A DNA stretch of 64,000 bases, from positions 59,403,479 to 59,467,478 of the forward strand of contig NC_083424.1 of assembly GCF_020745735.1 (NCBI RefSeq). The letters are read 5' to 3'. The stretch comes from Hemiscyllium ocellatum. Taxonomy: Eukaryota. The first letter of the stretch is position 1. Every line of letters starts with the position of its first letter. This document shows positions 61,465 to 64,000 of this stretch, in pieces. Made by a program: the position numbers and the translations under genes. Below the pieces are notes generated by a model. That model did no database searches, was not told where the DNA came from, and saw nothing but the letters and a program-made list of their open reading frames with translations.

Positions 61465-62750
61465 CATAGAGTCATAGAGATATATAGCACGGAAACAGAT
61501 CCTTCCTTCCAACTCATCCATGCCGACCAGATATCCTAGAAAAATCTAATCCCATTTGCCAGCATTTAGCCCATATCCCTCCTAGTCAGAGTTGTCATAT
61601 GATCCAAATGGACTTCAGAAAGGCGTTCAACAAGCTTCCTAATGGTCCAGATGTCTTTTAAACATTGTCATTGTATCAGCCTCCACCACATCTTCTAGCA
61701 GCTCATTCCATACACATACCACCCTCTGCATGAAAAAGTTGCACCTTAGGTCTCTTTGAAATCTTTCCCCTCTCATTTTAAACTTATGCCCTCTAGTTCT
61801 GGACTCCCTCACCCCGGGGAAAAGACTTTGCTTATTTCACCTATCCATACCCCTCATGATTTTATAAGCCTCTATAAGGTCACCCCTCAGCCTCCAACGC
61901 TCCAGGGAAAATACCCCCAAAATTCAAACTCTACCTATAGCTCAAACCCTCCAACCCTGGCAACATCTTTGTAAATCTTTTCTGAACTCCTTCAAGTTTC
62001 AAAACATCCTTCCTATAGGAGGGAGATCAGAATTGCATGCAATATTCCAAAAGTGGCCTAACCAATGTCCTGTACATCCATAACATGACCTCCCGACTCC
62101 TACACAATGCACTGACCAATAAAGGAAAGCATACCAAATACATTCTTCCTTATTCTGTCTACTTGTAACTCCACTTTCAAGGATCTATGAACCTCCATTC
62201 CAAGGTCTCTTTGTTCAGCAACACTCTCCAGGACCTTCCTTACCTTAAGTACACAAGTCCTACCCTGATTTGCTTTTCCAAAATGCAGCACCTTACATTT
62301 ATCTAAATTACACTCCATTTGCCCATCTGATCAAGATCCCATTGTACTCTGAGGTAATCTCATTGCTTCTACTACACCTCCAATTTTAGTGTCATCGGCA
62401 AACTTACTAACTATATCTCCTATGTTCACAACCAAACCATTTATATAAATGATGAAAAGTAATGGACCCACCATGACCCACCCTCATAGCATACCACTGG
62501 TCCTTGGCCTCCAGTCTGAAAAACAACCTTCCACCACCACCCTCTGTCTTCTACCTTTGAGCCAGTTCTGTATCCAAATGGGCAGTCCTCCCTGTATTGC
62601 ATGAGATCTAACCTTGCTAATTAGTCTCCCATGGGGAACCTTGTCGAACAGCATACTGAAATCCATTTGGAACAGCATACTGAATACCATTTGGATCACG
62701 TCGACTGCTCTGCCCTTGTGAATCCTTTCTGTTATTTCTTCAAACAAAGT
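61465..62750 (-). mobile_element. CR1 RT/3' fragment
   Basis: FDKVPHGRL..WIQNWLKGRRQRVVV; KCKVLHFG; microsatellite-type 3' end near 61465. Confidence 0.9.
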
Positions 62751-63579
62751 TCGTGTCTTTGCCATCCACTTTCACCCTCTACTTGTAAAATCATGATTTT
62801 GAAAGTCTCAAAATTCCTTGACTTGTGTTAATTGTCAATTTGCTAAACTCCTATGCACCTTGCCTGTTTCTCTCACTCTAAGTTTTCCTCAATGGAGCTC
62901 CTATCATTCTCTCCTGTAGCCTTAGGAAACAGGCAAGTGCTACCATCTATGATTATGTATGTTCCTGGAGGGTTTATTGAAAGACTTGTCCAACCATTAG
63001 TCAGTCTACACACCCATCCTTGTGAATGAATGTTCTGTCTATGCCAATTTGCAAATACACGTAATCGGTTAGAAAGCTAATGACCTTTTCTTGTCTTCTG
63101 TTTTCAATATTTGTATATCTCATAAAGAGAAATGTTCAAAGAAATATAAAAAATAAACCCTTACTTTTTAACATCTCTGATTTGTCACCACGATTGCACA
63201 TGGACACTAGCTGAATACTTGAGCTTAATCCTGGAGGGTTGGCAACCCTACACATTTGTACTCATAACTGGTATTTTATTGGAACACAACTGATCCAGCC
63301 ATTTACTGCCTGAATCTCCCTCAGCAGAAACTGCTTCCCTTAAACTTCAGTGGCCTTCTATTTATGGTGACCTCGCCTTGAACCCATTTAACTTTCACCT
63401 GTACTGTGAATGCCTTTTGTGTCCAATGAAGGACTCATTAATCACCAAGACCAAGGAAACCCCATTGTATTCTCCCCCTTCCCTTGCTTTCAGGTTCCCA
63501 CTCACTCTTGTCCTGACCCCATCCCTCAGAAACATCTCCCTATTTCTCTCTGGAAGCTGATTTTGACCCTAAAAGCTCC

Positions 63580-63885
63580 ATAGAATCTCGACAATGCGTG
63601 AAGAAGACATTCAGCCCATTGAATCTGCACCAATCCCCCAAAGAGCATGGCACCCTGACCCACACCCTAATGCTTATCATGGCTAACCCACCTAGTCTAC
63701 ACATCCCTGAATACTATGGGTAATTTCGCATGGCCTATCCACCAGGCCTGCACATCTACACACTGTGGGAGAAAACGCACAGAGAGAATGTACAATTTCC
63801 ACACAGACAGTCACCTAAGGCTGGAATCGAAGCTAGATCTCTGGCACTGTGAGGCAACAGTGCTGACCACTGAGCCACTGTGCCA
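63580..63885 (-). mobile_element. HE1-type SINE, older
   Basis: A/B boxes and a degenerate core. Confidence 0.8.
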
Positions 63886-64000
63886 ATCTTGAATCTTGCA
63901 CAGTTTCCTTCCCAGTTAGTGCCCGACCACCAACACCCTTTCCTCACCAACATGGCAAGTGAAACTGTCAATTGTTACTTCTCCTAAGTGTAGGGAATGC

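Overview
Eukaryotic vertebrate DNA, almost certainly from a shark or other elasmobranch (inferred from abundant HE1-type V-SINEs, CR1/HER1 LINEs and DeuSINE relics). The only host gene I can support is a gamma-glutamyltransferase 5-like gene (GGT5) on the minus strand. Its first five coding exons splice in frame with canonical GT-AG sites: 55467-55298, 10869-10739, 7520-7431, 4379-4184 and 1639-1473. The rest of the gene lies left of the window. Intron 1 is about 44.4 kb and consists largely of nested transposon debris: CR1, Tx1/L1, Rex-Babar, Penelope-like elements (PLE), several SINE families, Tigger MITEs, pogo/hAT/Harbinger remnants and a solo LTR. The most notable non-coding signals are three. 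(i) Two families of PLE termini carry minimal hammerhead-ribozyme motifs, including compact fold-back insertions with 13-17 bp target duplications and motif-intact copies in the GGT5 pre-mRNA sense orientation. (ii) A 2.6-kb CpG-rich minisatellite of about 84 units starts about 10 nt after the exon 1 donor, and its near-invariant core matches a DeuSINE motif. (iii) The GGT5 cytoplasmic tail has a microsatellite-encoded Cys5 run. None of the long ORFs in the supplied track is a credible host gene. Repeat boundaries were read by eye and are approximate unless junctions are quoted.
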